Positions 1-12,931 are shown, counted from the stretch's first letter. The stretch: 64,000 nt of DNA from Gemmatimonadota bacterium (GCA_039586795.1 JBDHJS010000001.1:96001-160000); one strand, 5' to 3'. A program made the numbers and translations. Notes: generated by a model from the letters alone, not told the origin.

Positions 1-1
1 G

Positions 2-874
2 GTGGCGAATGCCGCGCTCTGGATCGGAGCGGTTATCGGTATCGTCAACGAGTTCGGCGATGTGACCGAATACCTGGAGTTCGATGACGCTAAGGCGAAT
101 TTCCTAGCCGCCGCGCGTCGCGGCCTGAACGCCGTCCTCACCTGGACGAACGATGATTCCGTGGATGCGACGGAACTGGTCATCGAGCGGCTGATTCCCA
201 TCGCCCGGGCCGGCCTGGAAGAAGTCGGCGTGAGCGGTGGAGACATAGAAAAGTATCTGGGAGTAGTACGTGACCGAGTCGATTCGGGCGGCACCGGAGC
301 GCAGTGGATGCTACGATCGCTGCAGAACATGAAGGACGTGGGGACGCGCCCGGAGCGGCTGGCGGCGCTGGCCGGCGCCATAGCCGAACGACAATACAGC
401 GGGAAGCTAGGGCACGAATGGAAGCCAGCCGAGCTGGCCGAAGCCGGAGGCTGGCGTAGAAATTACCTGCGGGTCGATCAGTACATGACAACCGAACTGT
501 TTACGGTTCACGAGGATGAGTTGATCGACCTGGTTGCGTTCGTGATGGACAAGAAGAACATACGCCACGTTCTCGTGGAGGATGACGATCACCAGATCGT
601 TGGTCTGGTATCGTATCGATCGTTGATCAGGCTACTGACGCGGGGACAGATCGGCGAACCGGGGATCACCGTTCCCGTGAAGGACGTCATGGTCAAGGAT
701 CCGATCACGATATCGCCAGAGACGCCGACCACGGAGGCGATCGAGCTGATGCACAAGCATCGCTGCTCGGTTCTGCCGGTCGTGAAGGGTGGCAAGTTGG
801 TTGGCACCGTCGGCGAGCGCGATTTCATGCCTATAGCCCGCCATTTCCTGGAAGAGAAATTGAGGGAAGAGTGA
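2..874 (+). CDS. Glutamate-cysteine ligase family 2 (GCS2)-like protein with C-terminal CBS pair (5' truncated by window)
   Basis: N-terminal part resembles the GCS2 C-terminus (NAALWIG...ANFLAAARRGL...TGAQW); two CBS motifs (VDQYMTTELFTV...; VKDVMVKDPITISPET). Confidence 0.7.
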   Translation: MANAALWIGAVIGIVNEFGDVTEYLEFDDAKANFLAAARRGLNAVLTWTNDDSVDATELVIERLIPIARAGLEEVGVSGGDIEKYLGVVRDRVDSGGTGAQWMLRSLQNMKDVGTRPERLAALAGAIAERQYSGKLGHEWKPAELAEAGGWRRNYLRVDQYMTTELFTVHEDELIDLVAFVMDKKNIRHVLVEDDDHQIVGLVSYRSLIRLLTRGQIGEPGITVPVKDVMVKDPITISPETPTTEAIELMHKHRCSVLPVVKGGKLVGTVGERDFMPIARHFLEEKLREE

Positions 875-2043
875 CGTTAGAGCCGGCTCAATCGGGCGGT
901 GCGGCGTTGGAGGAAAGCGAGGAGCAGAAGCGCGTATTAGGTGTCGTGGTCGGTGACCAGCCCGGTCCGACCCTTGTTTGCATAGGCGGTGTCCACGGAA
1001 ACGAACCGGAGGGTATCGCCGCATTGGAGCGCGTCTTCGAATCGTTGTCAGAGCATCCTCAGCAGCTGCACGGTGAATTCGTAGGATTGGCAGGCAACCT
1101 TCCGGCGCTGTCTAAAGGACTTCGCTACATCGATGTGGACCTGAACCGCCGCTTCCTTTATGGGAAGGCGAATACAGATGCGGCGGACCCAACGAGCGAA
1201 GATCGACAGCGCAACGAGCTGGCCCGCGAGTTGGAGTCCATCTTCTGCAGGGCAACAGATGGCGTGTTCGTCATAGACCTGCACACAACATCTGGTAACA
1301 GCGTGCCGTTCGTCGTGATGGGAGACACGCTGGCCAATCGTTCATTCGCCTGGAACTTCCCTATCCCTTTCACACTAGGACTCGAAGAGCATCTGGACGG
1401 CACACTGAGCGAATATCTAACCATCCTGGGGCACACGTCGTTGACGATCGAGGCCGGCCAACAGAACTCTTCCGCCGCGGTGGACAACGCCGAGGCGGCG
1501 ATCTGGCTCGGCCTGGCCGCGGCAGGTCTGATTCAAGAGCATAACGCCCCGCGTGTGCGTCGTTCGCGCGAGATACTGGCGCGCACGGCAAGCTCTCTAC
1601 CACGGGTGATGGAGGTATACTACCGGCAGCCTATCCTCCCGGATGACGATTTCAGAATGGAGCCGGGCTTCGACAACTTCGATAGGATCGCGCCGGGGCG
1701 ACTCCTGGCCCGCAATCGAAGCGGTGAGATCCGCTCGCGCTGGTACGGACGCTTACTGATGCCGCTGTATCAGCAACAGGGTAGCGATGGCTTCTTCGTC
1801 GTCCGCGAGCTTCGCACCGAGTGGCTGGCGCTCTCAGCCGTGCTCCGGCGTCTCCACATTGATGCGATCGTTCACTGGCTACCCGGTGTGACGCGCCACC
1901 CGACAAGACCTGAAACTCTGGTCGTGGACCGTCGGGTTGCCCGCTGGTATTCGGTGGAGGTGTTGCACCTACTCGGCTTCCGTCGCAGGCGCTCGATTGG
2001 AGGTGTTCTGATGGTCAGCCGCCGGAGGCGGGGAGGAAACTGA
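871..2043 (+). CDS. Succinylglutamate desuccinylase/aspartoacylase family (M14-like) protein
   Basis: GGVHGNEPEG, DLNR, DLHTT, EAGQ motifs; GTGA overlap with upstream stop. Confidence 0.85.
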   Translation: MTLEPAQSGGAALEESEEQKRVLGVVVGDQPGPTLVCIGGVHGNEPEGIAALERVFESLSEHPQQLHGEFVGLAGNLPALSKGLRYIDVDLNRRFLYGKANTDAADPTSEDRQRNELARELESIFCRATDGVFVIDLHTTSGNSVPFVVMGDTLANRSFAWNFPIPFTLGLEEHLDGTLSEYLTILGHTSLTIEAGQQNSSAAVDNAEAAIWLGLAAAGLIQEHNAPRVRRSREILARTASSLPRVMEVYYRQPILPDDDFRMEPGFDNFDRIAPGRLLARNRSGEIRSRWYGRLLMPLYQQQGSDGFFVVRELRTEWLALSAVLRRLHIDAIVHWLPGVTRHPTRPETLVVDRRVARWYSVEVLHLLGFRRRRSIGGVLMVSRRRRGGN

Positions 2044-2116
2044 ACCCGGAGGCCGCCTGATTATTCCTGATGTAGCGGCAGGCTGTCATCAGGCAGACGA
2101 CGCTCCGGGTCGCAGA

Positions 2117-5100
2117 TTAGAAGCCGGGCGAGAAGCCGAACTGCCAGAACCAACCTTTGCTGGGCCGGCTGAGCGGGCGCACGAAGTCGACCTCCAACAG
2201 CAAGACGCCGAACAGGTTGATTCGGGAGGCGATGCCGACGGAAGCGATAGGGCTCCAGGGGTCGATGTTCCCGCCGATCCTCGCTGCCGCGGACTGGCTC
2301 CACCACGCCGCACCGACGTCGAAGAAGAAAGCCATGGTGAACGGCGGCAGACTGCCCGGAGCACGCCAACCGAAAACTTGCGGGATCGGCATGCGCAGCT
2401 CGAAGTTCGCCATCAGCATCCTGCTGCCGAACAACTGATCGTATACCGGGCAACCGGCATTGTTATTCGGGTCAAAGAAGCTGTCGTTCCCCTGGAGCTG
2501 ATCGGCGCACTCGCGACTGGAGAAGCTACCAGGGTCGTAACCCCGGAGTAGCTGCTGGTAGCCGATGAACAATGGGGTGAGCCTGAAGTCCTCCCCGTCT
2601 TTGCCGAAGCGGCCGAACTGGAGCAAACGCCCGGCGAAAGTGATGTTGCGGAACGGCATGAAGTAGCGGCGGTAGTCAAACAGGGTACCGATGTAATTCA
2701 ACGACCCACCGGTGGGCGCTACCTCGACGCGGTAGCGCTGTCCAAGCACGGGCCCCGTGAAGCCGAAGATGGTATTGTCGTAGACCATCGCCGCCGTACC
2801 CGACGCCAGGTTCAGGGCCGGCTGGTTGCAGAACGGATCAGTTGGATCATCGCTACAAGACGGAAAATCCTGTCTCTCATCACCGATCTGCTGGCCGCTG
2901 GCCGTGAACGTGCGAGTTCTGATCTCCGTCTCGAACGAGATGTTGCGAGCCCTGGCGGTGAACTCGATCCGCTGCGCGCGGCTGAGTGGATACGTAACCA
3001 GAGCTTGTATTTCGCGGCTGGTCTGCCGGAAACGCAGCTCCTGTTCTACGAGGTTACCGTTGTCGTCGATGCCGACGGCGAAATTCTGCGTCACGATCGG
3101 AAATTGAGATACGGCGGCCCCCCAATTCCAACGGGACTTGCGGTTCTCGTAGCTAACCAGCGCCGCGATGTCCTTGATGCTGCCGTTGACCTGGAGCATG
3201 GTGGCCAGGTTGTGCTCACCGAGAATGTCGCTCCAGAACAGGGAGGTACCGCCGCCAACGAACGTGCCGTAGCGATCGCTCCCGACAGCTACGTTGGGTG
3301 GCGCGATGTAGTCCAGCGAAAGACCAGCCTTGTAAGGTGCCGACTCGAAATCGTACGCCGTCCTCGGCAACCCGAGGTCAGGGTTGTTGACCAGGGCCAT
3401 CACATCACCCACAGCCCGATCGGCGGGCGGAAGAACCGCCGGGCTGATGGCGCTGATCGGACGAGCTATCGGCTCCCCTGCGAGGACCTCCTCAGACTCG
3501 ATGGAATAGAGGGAGTACTGATTGCCCTCGAAGGCGCTGAATACCATGCGCTGCCCGTTCGCGGATAGCGTGATGGCTGGACTCAGGTCGGTTATACCGC
3601 TGACACCCGTCGTGAGGTGGGTGATCTGGCGAATCTCGCCGCTGTCAAGCCAGACTCTGTATACGTTGCTGATACCGTTCTGGTCCGACAGAAAGAAAAC
3701 GCTCTCACCGTCAGCCGCCCACTGGGGATTGATGTTCTTCGCACCATCGAAGCCCGGGACGTGGGTGACGGTACCGGTCTCAATATCGAGCAGGCCGAGT
3801 TCGTAGGCCCCCCACTCCAGTCGTTCCATGTTCGTGGAAAAACGGTCCGTGACGAAGACGACGTAACGTCCGTCAGGGGACCAGACGGGCTGGAGGTCAG
3901 CGTAGGGATCTTCTGTGAGCCGCGTGACCTCACGGGTCTCAACGTCGATGTAGAAGAGGTCCATCAGGCCACCGACGCTGGCCGAGAAGACGATCTTACT
4001 GCCATCGGCAGAAAACGTGGGGTTGAAGATCTCACCTACTTCGTCCACGCGATGCTCGACAATGGTCTTGCCGCGTTCGGTGTCTATCACGGTCAGGCTT
4101 GGAACGCCTCTTACGACACCGGCAAAGACGAATTCCCTGCTATTCGGATGGAAACTGCCCGCCGAGTTGATGAATTGAAGACTCTCGTAGTGCGGGTCTG
4201 ACGCGGTCTTGACGAGCTTCTTTCCAATCTCGCCGGTCTCGGCATCGGCCGAGAACATCTCGATATGGAAGTAGTCCTTCTCCGTGAGAAAGACGAGATT
4301 GGAACCATCGGGACTGATCGCCGGCGCTACGTTGTAGAAACCGCTTCCCTGCTGCTTCGAGATGAGCATGCGCCCATAGTCGAGCGGACCGCCGGTCTCG
4401 GACAGAACATCTTGATAAGCTTCGTCGATCGCCGCCTGCCAGTCGGCGATCAGCTGATCCGGCGCAATCTCGAGCACCGTAGCAAGGGCGTGCCCCGGAT
4501 CGCCGGTCATCGATGCCGCCTTGAGGATTTCTCCGACCGCAGGGTCACCCCAGCGACCGCCGACGTAGGCCCAGAAGGCGTGTCCGTACCGATAGGGATT
4601 GTAAACCGGGTTATAGAGCTGGGCGTAGGACGGCAGCTTAGCGCGGCGAGCCGCGTCGTGCATCCACATGGCGGTCAGCGTGTACTCTGGACCGAGGGAC
4701 AGGTACTCGGCCATCCCCTCGATGAACCAGAGGGGCATAGCGAGGGCGATCGGAAAACCACCGCCGACCGCGGAGCGCGAGGCCGTCGTGATGTCGAACT
4801 GGAAGGCGTGAACGAGCTCGTGGCCGAGCACGTGGTCGGTCTCTTTGAGCGAGCCGGCCATCGGCAAGACGACACGTCGTTTGAACGCCTCGGTCACACC
4901 CCCGGTGCCTTCATCGATAGCTCCCATGAGAGCCGTCGTCTGCTCGAAATCGGGGTGGTCCGCATACAGAATGATTATCTGGCGGCCGCTGAGCTCGTGA
5001 TTGAAGATCCGACTGAGGCGGGCATACCAGCGCTCCGCCATGCGTCCCGCTTCCTCAACGGCTTCACGCGCCTCAGGGTAGTAGTGGATATCGAAATGTT

Positions 5101-5251
5101 CGGTCTTCAGTACCTGGAAATCGAAGTTCTCGTACTGGACCTTGTTGCGACCGAAGTACTGAGCTTCGGCCGGCTGCGGCAGTAGTGTTGACCCGAGCGT
5201 CGCTGATACCAGAATTCCACCCGCTACCACTCGGGCACGATCAAGTCGCAT
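2117..5251 (-). CDS. Omp85/BamA-TamA family outer-membrane protein with N-terminal zinc peptidase domain and TolB-like PD40 repeats
   Basis: Signal peptide; HELVH plus EGMAEY; SPDG/SADG PD40 repeats; LRGY motif; terminal Phe (FSPGF). Confidence 0.85.
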   Translation of the reverse strand: MRLDRARVVAGGILVSATLGSTLLPQPAEAQYFGRNKVQYENFDFQVLKTEHFDIHYYPEAREAVEEAGRMAERWYARLSRIFNHELSGRQIIILYADHPDFEQTTALMGAIDEGTGGVTEAFKRRVVLPMAGSLKETDHVLGHELVHAFQFDITTASRSAVGGGFPIALAMPLWFIEGMAEYLSLGPEYTLTAMWMHDAARRAKLPSYAQLYNPVYNPYRYGHAFWAYVGGRWGDPAVGEILKAASMTGDPGHALATVLEIAPDQLIADWQAAIDEAYQDVLSETGGPLDYGRMLISKQQGSGFYNVAPAISPDGSNLVFLTEKDYFHIEMFSADAETGEIGKKLVKTASDPHYESLQFINSAGSFHPNSREFVFAGVVRGVPSLTVIDTERGKTIVEHRVDEVGEIFNPTFSADGSKIVFSASVGGLMDLFYIDVETREVTRLTEDPYADLQPVWSPDGRYVVFVTDRFSTNMERLEWGAYELGLLDIETGTVTHVPGFDGAKNINPQWAADGESVFFLSDQNGISNVYRVWLDSGEIRQITHLTTGVSGITDLSPAITLSANGQRMVFSAFEGNQYSLYSIESEEVLAGEPIARPISAISPAVLPPADRAVGDVMALVNNPDLGLPRTAYDFESAPYKAGLSLDYIAPPNVAVGSDRYGTFVGGGTSLFWSDILGEHNLATMLQVNGSIKDIAALVSYENRKSRWNWGAAVSQFPIVTQNFAVGIDDNGNLVEQELRFRQTSREIQALVTYPLSRAQRIEFTARARNISFETEIRTRTFTASGQQIGDERQDFPSCSDDPTDPFCNQPALNLASGTAAMVYDNTIFGFTGPVLGQRYRVEVAPTGGSLNYIGTLFDYRRYFMPFRNITFAGRLLQFGRFGKDGEDFRLTPLFIGYQQLLRGYDPGSFSSRECADQLQGNDSFFDPNNNAGCPVYDQLFGSRMLMANFELRMPIPQVFGWRAPGSLPPFTMAFFFDVGAAWWSQSAAARIGGNIDPWSPIASVGIASRINLFGVLLLEVDFVRPLSRPSKGWFWQFGFSPGF

Positions 5252-5750
5252 CTGTACCTCCGTAGTGCCTGATCACACCAAAACCGACGCCAGGCACCGT
5301 TTTTAGGCGGTTCACTCCGGTGAGGCACGATTGCCGCTGGCGGCCCGATTGCAGGTGCTTGAACAAGCGCTAGGGACTGAAGATACGCTTGGTAGGCGAC
5401 CTGCGCGACCCGTGAGAGAGCGGAAATCGGCATCGCCGAATGGCCCAGCGGAGTGCGTAATCGTCGGTATATGTTAGAACGCCTCAGCGACCCCATAGTT
5501 CCGTTTTGGAGGGCGATTGCCGCCCCGGCGGCCCCCAGCTAGAATCCTCTCTTACCGGGACGATCCAATTCCGTAAATGCGAGCTGATTTCACATATAGG
5601 ACAGCAGGTTGATGCGATTTGTTAAGACGCGGCTCGCTGAGAGTGTGGACACGACATCCGAGCGCCGGGGACGACAGCCGCAAGAGGCGTCAGGTCGCCA
5701 TGCCTAAGGTCAGGCGACATATGTCCGGGCGACTCATCGCTGGCGAGCCC

Positions 5751-6830
5751 ATGACACCGTTGGCCGAGCCGGTACTGACATCGCACCCGATGACGCTGGC
5801 CGAGGCGCTAAGACCGTTCTTTTTCCGGTTCTGTTTGGCGATCGCCTATTTCCTCGTCGTGTTCCTGATCGGCATGACCGGCTACATGATCATCGAGCGG
5901 TGGGCATGGCATGACGCGCTGTATATGGCGGTGACCACCGTAACGTCGGTCGGCTACATGGAGGTGTACGCGCTATCCGAAGTAGGCCGGACCTTCACGA
6001 TGGGGCTCATATTCCTGGGCGTCTCTGGGCTCGGGGTCTGGTGGGCCTTAACAACCGCGCTGATCGTGGAACTCGACCTCGGTGGCGTTCTGCGGAGACG
6101 TCGAATCATGAAGAACATCGAACAGCTATCCGAGCACTTCATCGTCTGCGGCGCCGGTCGCATGGGGCGTGTGGTGATCGGTGAAATGGTGGCCGCCGGC
6201 CGTTCATTCGTGGTCATAGAAAACCAGCCGGCCCGCATCGCGCAGGTGCAAGAGAGCTATCCGAACTTGCTGGTCATCGAAGCCGATGCGACCCGCGAGC
6301 AGACATTGCTCAGCGCCGGCGTCGAACGCGCCAGCGGACTGGCGACTTGTCTGGCGGATGATGCCGACAACCTGCTGGTGTGTCTCACAGCGCGAGAATT
6401 GAACGACGTGATCCCAACGGTCGCGCGCGCCTACAACGAGGAATCGGTGGAGAAGCTCCGCCGAGCCGGCGCCGACCATGTCATCTCGCCCAACCAGACA
6501 GGAGGCGTCCGCATGGCCTTCACGCTGCTGAGGCCAGCGGTGATCAGCTTCCTGGATGCGGCGATAACCGATGCAGGAATCGAAATGCGGCTCGAACAGG
6601 CGTCGATCCCAGCGAGCTCGCACCTGGTCGGTCAGACACTGGCCGAGGCTCAGATTCCACAGCAGACAGGACTGATCGTCCTCGCTCTGCGCCGAGGCAT
6701 CGCCGGACCGCCGCTGTACAACCCAGGTCCCGAGACGCACCTCGAGGCGGGTGATGTGATGATACTCATCGGCGCATCGGATCAGGTTGAGCGACTCCGG
6801 AACTATGCGGAAGTCGAGGTGACTCTGTAG
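5751..6830 (+). CDS. Potassium channel-like protein (2TM pore + RCK TrkA-N/TrkA-C)
   Basis: TM-pore-TM with TSVGYME; HFIVCGAGRMG Rossmann motif; C-terminal TrkA-C (YNPGPETHLEAGD). Start uncertain (5751 or 5790 more plausible than 5619). Confidence 0.85.
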   Translation: MTPLAEPVLTSHPMTLAEALRPFFFRFCLAIAYFLVVFLIGMTGYMIIERWAWHDALYMAVTTVTSVGYMEVYALSEVGRTFTMGLIFLGVSGLGVWWALTTALIVELDLGGVLRRRRIMKNIEQLSEHFIVCGAGRMGRVVIGEMVAAGRSFVVIENQPARIAQVQESYPNLLVIEADATREQTLLSAGVERASGLATCLADDADNLLVCLTARELNDVIPTVARAYNEESVEKLRRAGADHVISPNQTGGVRMAFTLLRPAVISFLDAAITDAGIEMRLEQASIPASSHLVGQTLAEAQIPQQTGLIVLALRRGIAGPPLYNPGPETHLEAGDVMILIGASDQVERLRNYAEVEVTL

Positions 6831-6838
6831 TGAAGAAA

Positions 6839-6868
6839 GAAGCTCGGCGATTCCCACCGCCGAGCTTC
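6839..6868. terminator. Hairpin between convergent channel gene and gyrB, probable terminator
   Basis: GAAGCTCGGCG...CGCCGAGCTTC 11-bp perfect stem; U-rich tail on the minus strand. Confidence 0.65.
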
Positions 6869-6896
6869 CAATCAGCCCATCCGATAGACGTCGTGC

Positions 6897-9314
<2,418 letters not shown>

Positions 9315-9318
<4 letters not shown>

Positions 9319-10445
9319 GCTCGTGATACCCGTCCGGCCGCAACCCGGTATTCGGTCAAGCCGTCGCCCATGAGAGCGAACTCGTTGGGCTTCGGCGACG
9401 TCACCAAGACCTGACCCCATTCTTCCGCCGCGAGTAGATCCACCACCCGCTCCGATCGCAGTGGGTCGAGCTCGGCGAAAACATCATCGAGCATGACGAT
9501 CGGTTTTCTCCCGCGAGTCGCACGCAGGGTATCGGCTTCCACCATCCGCAACGCGACCGCGGCCGTGCGTTGTTGCCCCGCAGAGCCGAAACTGCGGAGT
9601 TGTACTGGCTCGGCGCTGCCGTCAACCCAAAAACTTAGATCGTCTCTGTGCGGTCCGGCGAGCGTCAAACCGCGTCTTCGCTCTCGGTCGACCAGGCGCT
9701 CTAGCTCGAGACGGAACGAATCCGCCCACCGATCTCGAGATGGTGGACTACCATCATCGTCAGGTCTCGGAAGGGACGGTGCATACTCCAGCTTCGCTGC
9801 CTGGCCACCGGATACCGCTTCGTAGTAGCGGGCGAAGCCCGCCTGTTGGGCCGCGACCCATCGCGCACGGGCCTCGACGATCGCGCTCCCCTCTTCGACC
9901 AACCCCCTGTTCCAGGCCGCCAGCTCCTCTGCGTTCGCTCCGTCGCGCAGGAGCCCATTGCGCTGCGAGAGGATATGCCGGTAGCGCTGCAAGGCCGCTA
10001 GGTAGCCCGGCTCAACCAGCGAAAGCGTGATGTTAAGGAAACGCCGTCGCGCACCGGGGCCACCAGCCACGATCTCCACATCGCTGGCAGTGAAGACGAT
10101 TGCGCCGACCTTCCCGATGGCTTCGCCCACGCGAGCCGGCTCCCGAGCGTCCAGCGTGACCTTCTTACGGCGACCTTCACGTGTGTATGCGGCCGCCACC
10201 TCCACCTCGCCACCACCCCCCATGAGATGCCCTACCACACGAAAGTGCTCGCCGCCGAAAGTGACCAACTGGTCGTCGCGAGCGCCTCGGAATGAGCGGA
10301 ATATCTCGAGGTAGTAGACAGCCTCCAGCAGGTTTGTCTTGCCCTGACCGTTGTCACCGATCAGCGCCGCGCCGCGCTCCGGAAACTCCACGGTCTCGTC
10401 ATCGAAATTCCGGAAATGCCGGAGCCTGATCCGCTGGAGAAACAC
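9315..10445 (-). CDS. recF: DNA replication/repair protein RecF
   Basis: FRN, GDNGQGKTNLLEA, RRRFL, GPHRDD, GSAGQQR, LDDVFAELD. Confidence 0.97.
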
Positions 10446-10553
10446 GCCTAAAAATAACCCGAAAGGGGGCGATTCTCAAGGCCGAACGGCGACTGTAAGA
10501 TATTGTCGTACAATGAGTTACGTTGCACGGGGCTCAGGGTCGCGGCGAATCGC

Positions 10554-11012
10554 TCACTGGCATCTGAACGGCTCGATGTCGCAGTCCACGACGGTGACCG
10601 GCACGATCTCGGCCTCCGTTCTTTGGCCGATCAGGTTCTCGGCGAAACCGCGGATCTGAACGGACGAGCCGCTGATCAGGGTGGGCAGCTGGACGACGAA
10701 TTGTTCCTGCACGAACTCTTCCGGCGGCTCGTAGACCCTTCGTCCTGTCGCTACGGTATCGACGACGGGGTTCACGCTGATCATGATGAACTCCACCGCC
10801 TGAATCAGACCGAGGGCTTCGATCTCGATGACGGCGGAGGAATCGGAGAACAGGACGGCGTTGGACAGAGGGGAGCGCACGCTAACCTCGGTGGGCGGCA
10901 CCGGAATATCGAGACCGGTGGGTCGCTCCCGTGAGTCGTCACAACCCGCTCCCAGGCTGAAGCTGGCGGCGATGACAGTGCAGGCGACCATCTGCTTCAC
11001 GGTAAACTCCAT
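10554..11012 (-). CDS. Hypothetical lipoprotein (Ig-like)
   Basis: Lipobox-like LGAGC after a hydrophobic stretch; beta-rich body. Confidence 0.6.
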   Translation of the reverse strand: MEFTVKQMVACTVIAASFSLGAGCDDSRERPTGLDIPVPPTEVSVRSPLSNAVLFSDSSAVIEIEALGLIQAVEFIMISVNPVVDTVATGRRVYEPPEEFVQEQFVVQLPTLISGSSVQIRGFAENLIGQRTEAEIVPVTVVDCDIEPFRCQ

Positions 11013-11020
11013 AGGTGCAA

Positions 11021-11821
11021 CTAGAACAGATCCCGCCAGGAAGGGCGAGGAGCCTCGAGCGTTTCACCGTGCTCGAGTCGGTCGAGCAGGCCATCCAGGA
11101 TCAGTCTCATCTTCTCCATCGAGCGGGAGTAACCTGCCCGGGCCAGCACAACCGAAGCCGCGAGCACAGCGGGCGCCGCAACCGCGGCGACGATTGGCAG
11201 CCCTGCTGCAAGGACCAGCGTCGTGCCGACTCCTCCAGCGGTGCTGACGCCAGCGGCGAATCCAAGACCCCAGAACCACCCCGACCTTTCGCTTCCGAGG
11301 TCGGCGACCAGGGTCACCCGACACTCCTCTTCGCCCAGCGGTACGACCCGGACCTCGACGGCGCTGGAGTTCTTCGCCAGTTGGTACCCCCGCCCCTTGA
11401 TGTCCATGGAGCGAACCAACGACGCAAGGACGCCGGATTCCGGCTCCCAAAGCGAGCCAGTCTTGAGTCGTCGGACCAACCGCAGGCTCTCGTTGGCTCT
11501 GAAATGGTCTTCGAGCAATGTGAGCGTGTCGTCAGCAGATCTCGGCACGAGTCGACTGGAGCTAACCAGGGCCGGCCCACAGAGGCGCGAAGCCCAACCA
11601 CGCTCCCTGAGCAACGCCTCCGTGTTGGCGTCCGCAAGGTGCTCGGCTAGAGCCTGTCGTACGTTACTCTCCGATAAGCCGACCTCACCGCCAATGCGGA
11701 CGACATCGTCCTCGGTGAGATCGAGCGCATCGCTTCCGTAGGCGGCTTCGAGCTCAGCCGCCCTACGTATGACAACCTCTAGGTCCTGTCGGTTCAGCCG
11801 TGAAGGAGTGAGCTCGTTCAT
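11021..11821 (-). CDS. Hypothetical membrane protein
   Basis: Tightly spaced in minus-strand operon; two C-terminal hydrophobic helices. Confidence 0.65.
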   Translation of the reverse strand: MNELTPSRLNRQDLEVVIRRAAELEAAYGSDALDLTEDDVVRIGGEVGLSESNVRQALAEHLADANTEALLRERGWASRLCGPALVSSSRLVPRSADDTLTLLEDHFRANESLRLVRRLKTGSLWEPESGVLASLVRSMDIKGRGYQLAKNSSAVEVRVVPLGEEECRVTLVADLGSERSGWFWGLGFAAGVSTAGGVGTTLVLAAGLPIVAAVAAPAVLAASVVLARAGYSRSMEKMRLILDGLLDRLEHGETLEAPRPSWRDLF

Positions 11822-11832
11822 GTGCGAAACCG

Positions 11833-12723
11833 CTACTCCTCCTTCTTCTTCTTCTTTTCGGCCTCGACTGTCTCACCCGCCGCTAGCATCCCCGGCAGAT
11901 CGTTTGCCGATGGCAGCTCGGGCACTTCCTCCTCTTCCCCGACCTCTTCATCATCCAGTGCGGACTCGGCTGCTTTGTCCACAGCGCGCATGAGCGGCCG
12001 GAAGAGCTCCATGGGGATCGGGAACAGGGTGGTCGAGTTGTTCTCGGCGGCTATTTCCGATACGGTCTGGAGGAAGCGAAGCTGCAGAGAAGCCGGATCA
12101 CCACTCATGATCTTTGCCGCCTGCACGAGTTTCCTCGACGCCTGGAACTCGCCCATCGCGTTGACGACCTTGGCGCGTCGCTCGCGCTCGGCCTCAGCCT
12201 GCCTGGCCATGGCACGCTTCATCTCCTGCGGTAGATCGATGTCCTTGACTTCGACGGCCGTGACCTCGATGCCCCACATATCGGTTTGCTCATCGATGAT
12301 CGTGCGCAGCATATCGTTGTACTTCTCCCGCTCGGCGAGCAGGTCATCGAGCTCGGCCTGGCCGATAACGGACCTCAGCGTTGTCTGGGCCAGCTGCGAC
12401 GTGGCGAACAGAAAGTCTTCGACCTCGACAATCGCCTTAACCGGGACGTTGACCCGGAAGTAGAGCACCGCATTCACCTTCACTGACACGTTGTCACGGG
12501 TGATGACATCCTGGGGAGGGATGTCCATGGCAACGATTCGCAGGCTGACCCGCTGCATCCGCTCGATACCAAACGGAACGAGAAAGATCAGGCCCGGCCC
12601 ACGAGCGCTGCGAAGTCGGCCGAGACGAAAGACGACGCCTCGTTCGTATTCCCAGAGTATTCTCAAACTGGTGGCGAGCGCTGTCGCACCCGCAACCGCC
12701 AGTCCCGCCAGTAGAACCTCCAC
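11833..12723 (-). CDS. SPFH/stomatin (slipin) family protein
   Basis: [51 protein letters not shown]. Confidence 0.95.
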   Translation of the reverse strand: MEVLLAGLAVAGATALATSLRILWEYERGVVFRLGRLRSARGPGLIFLVPFGIERMQRVSLRIVAMDIPPQDVITRDNVSVKVNAVLYFRVNVPVKAIVEVEDFLFATSQLAQTTLRSVIGQAELDDLLAEREKYNDMLRTIIDEQTDMWGIEVTAVEVKDIDLPQEMKRAMARQAEAERERRAKVVNAMGEFQASRKLVQAAKIMSGDPASLQLRFLQTVSEIAAENNSTTLFPIPMELFRPLMRAVDKAAESALDDEEVGEEEEVPELPSANDLPGMLAAGETVEAEKKKKKEE

Positions 12724-12931
12724 GGTGTTACCCCTCGGTTCAGATTCCCGAATGCCATGGCTGGCCTGGCCCGACGCCGGCCGGCCAGAGGCGTCAAACC
12801 GATGCCCAACCGGCCGGAACCGGGCGTCGGTGAACGCCTCAAACAGGTGCTATTTGCAGGCTAAAGTTAGCGGCTACGGAGAAGGTGCGCGAGCAGCGGC
12901 GGGGGGCTCGACAGGGTTGAGCAATAATGCG

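Noticed and set aside
10446..10553. oriC next to recF/gyrB
   Set aside because: No TTATCCACA-like boxes or unwinding element seen; dnaA absent
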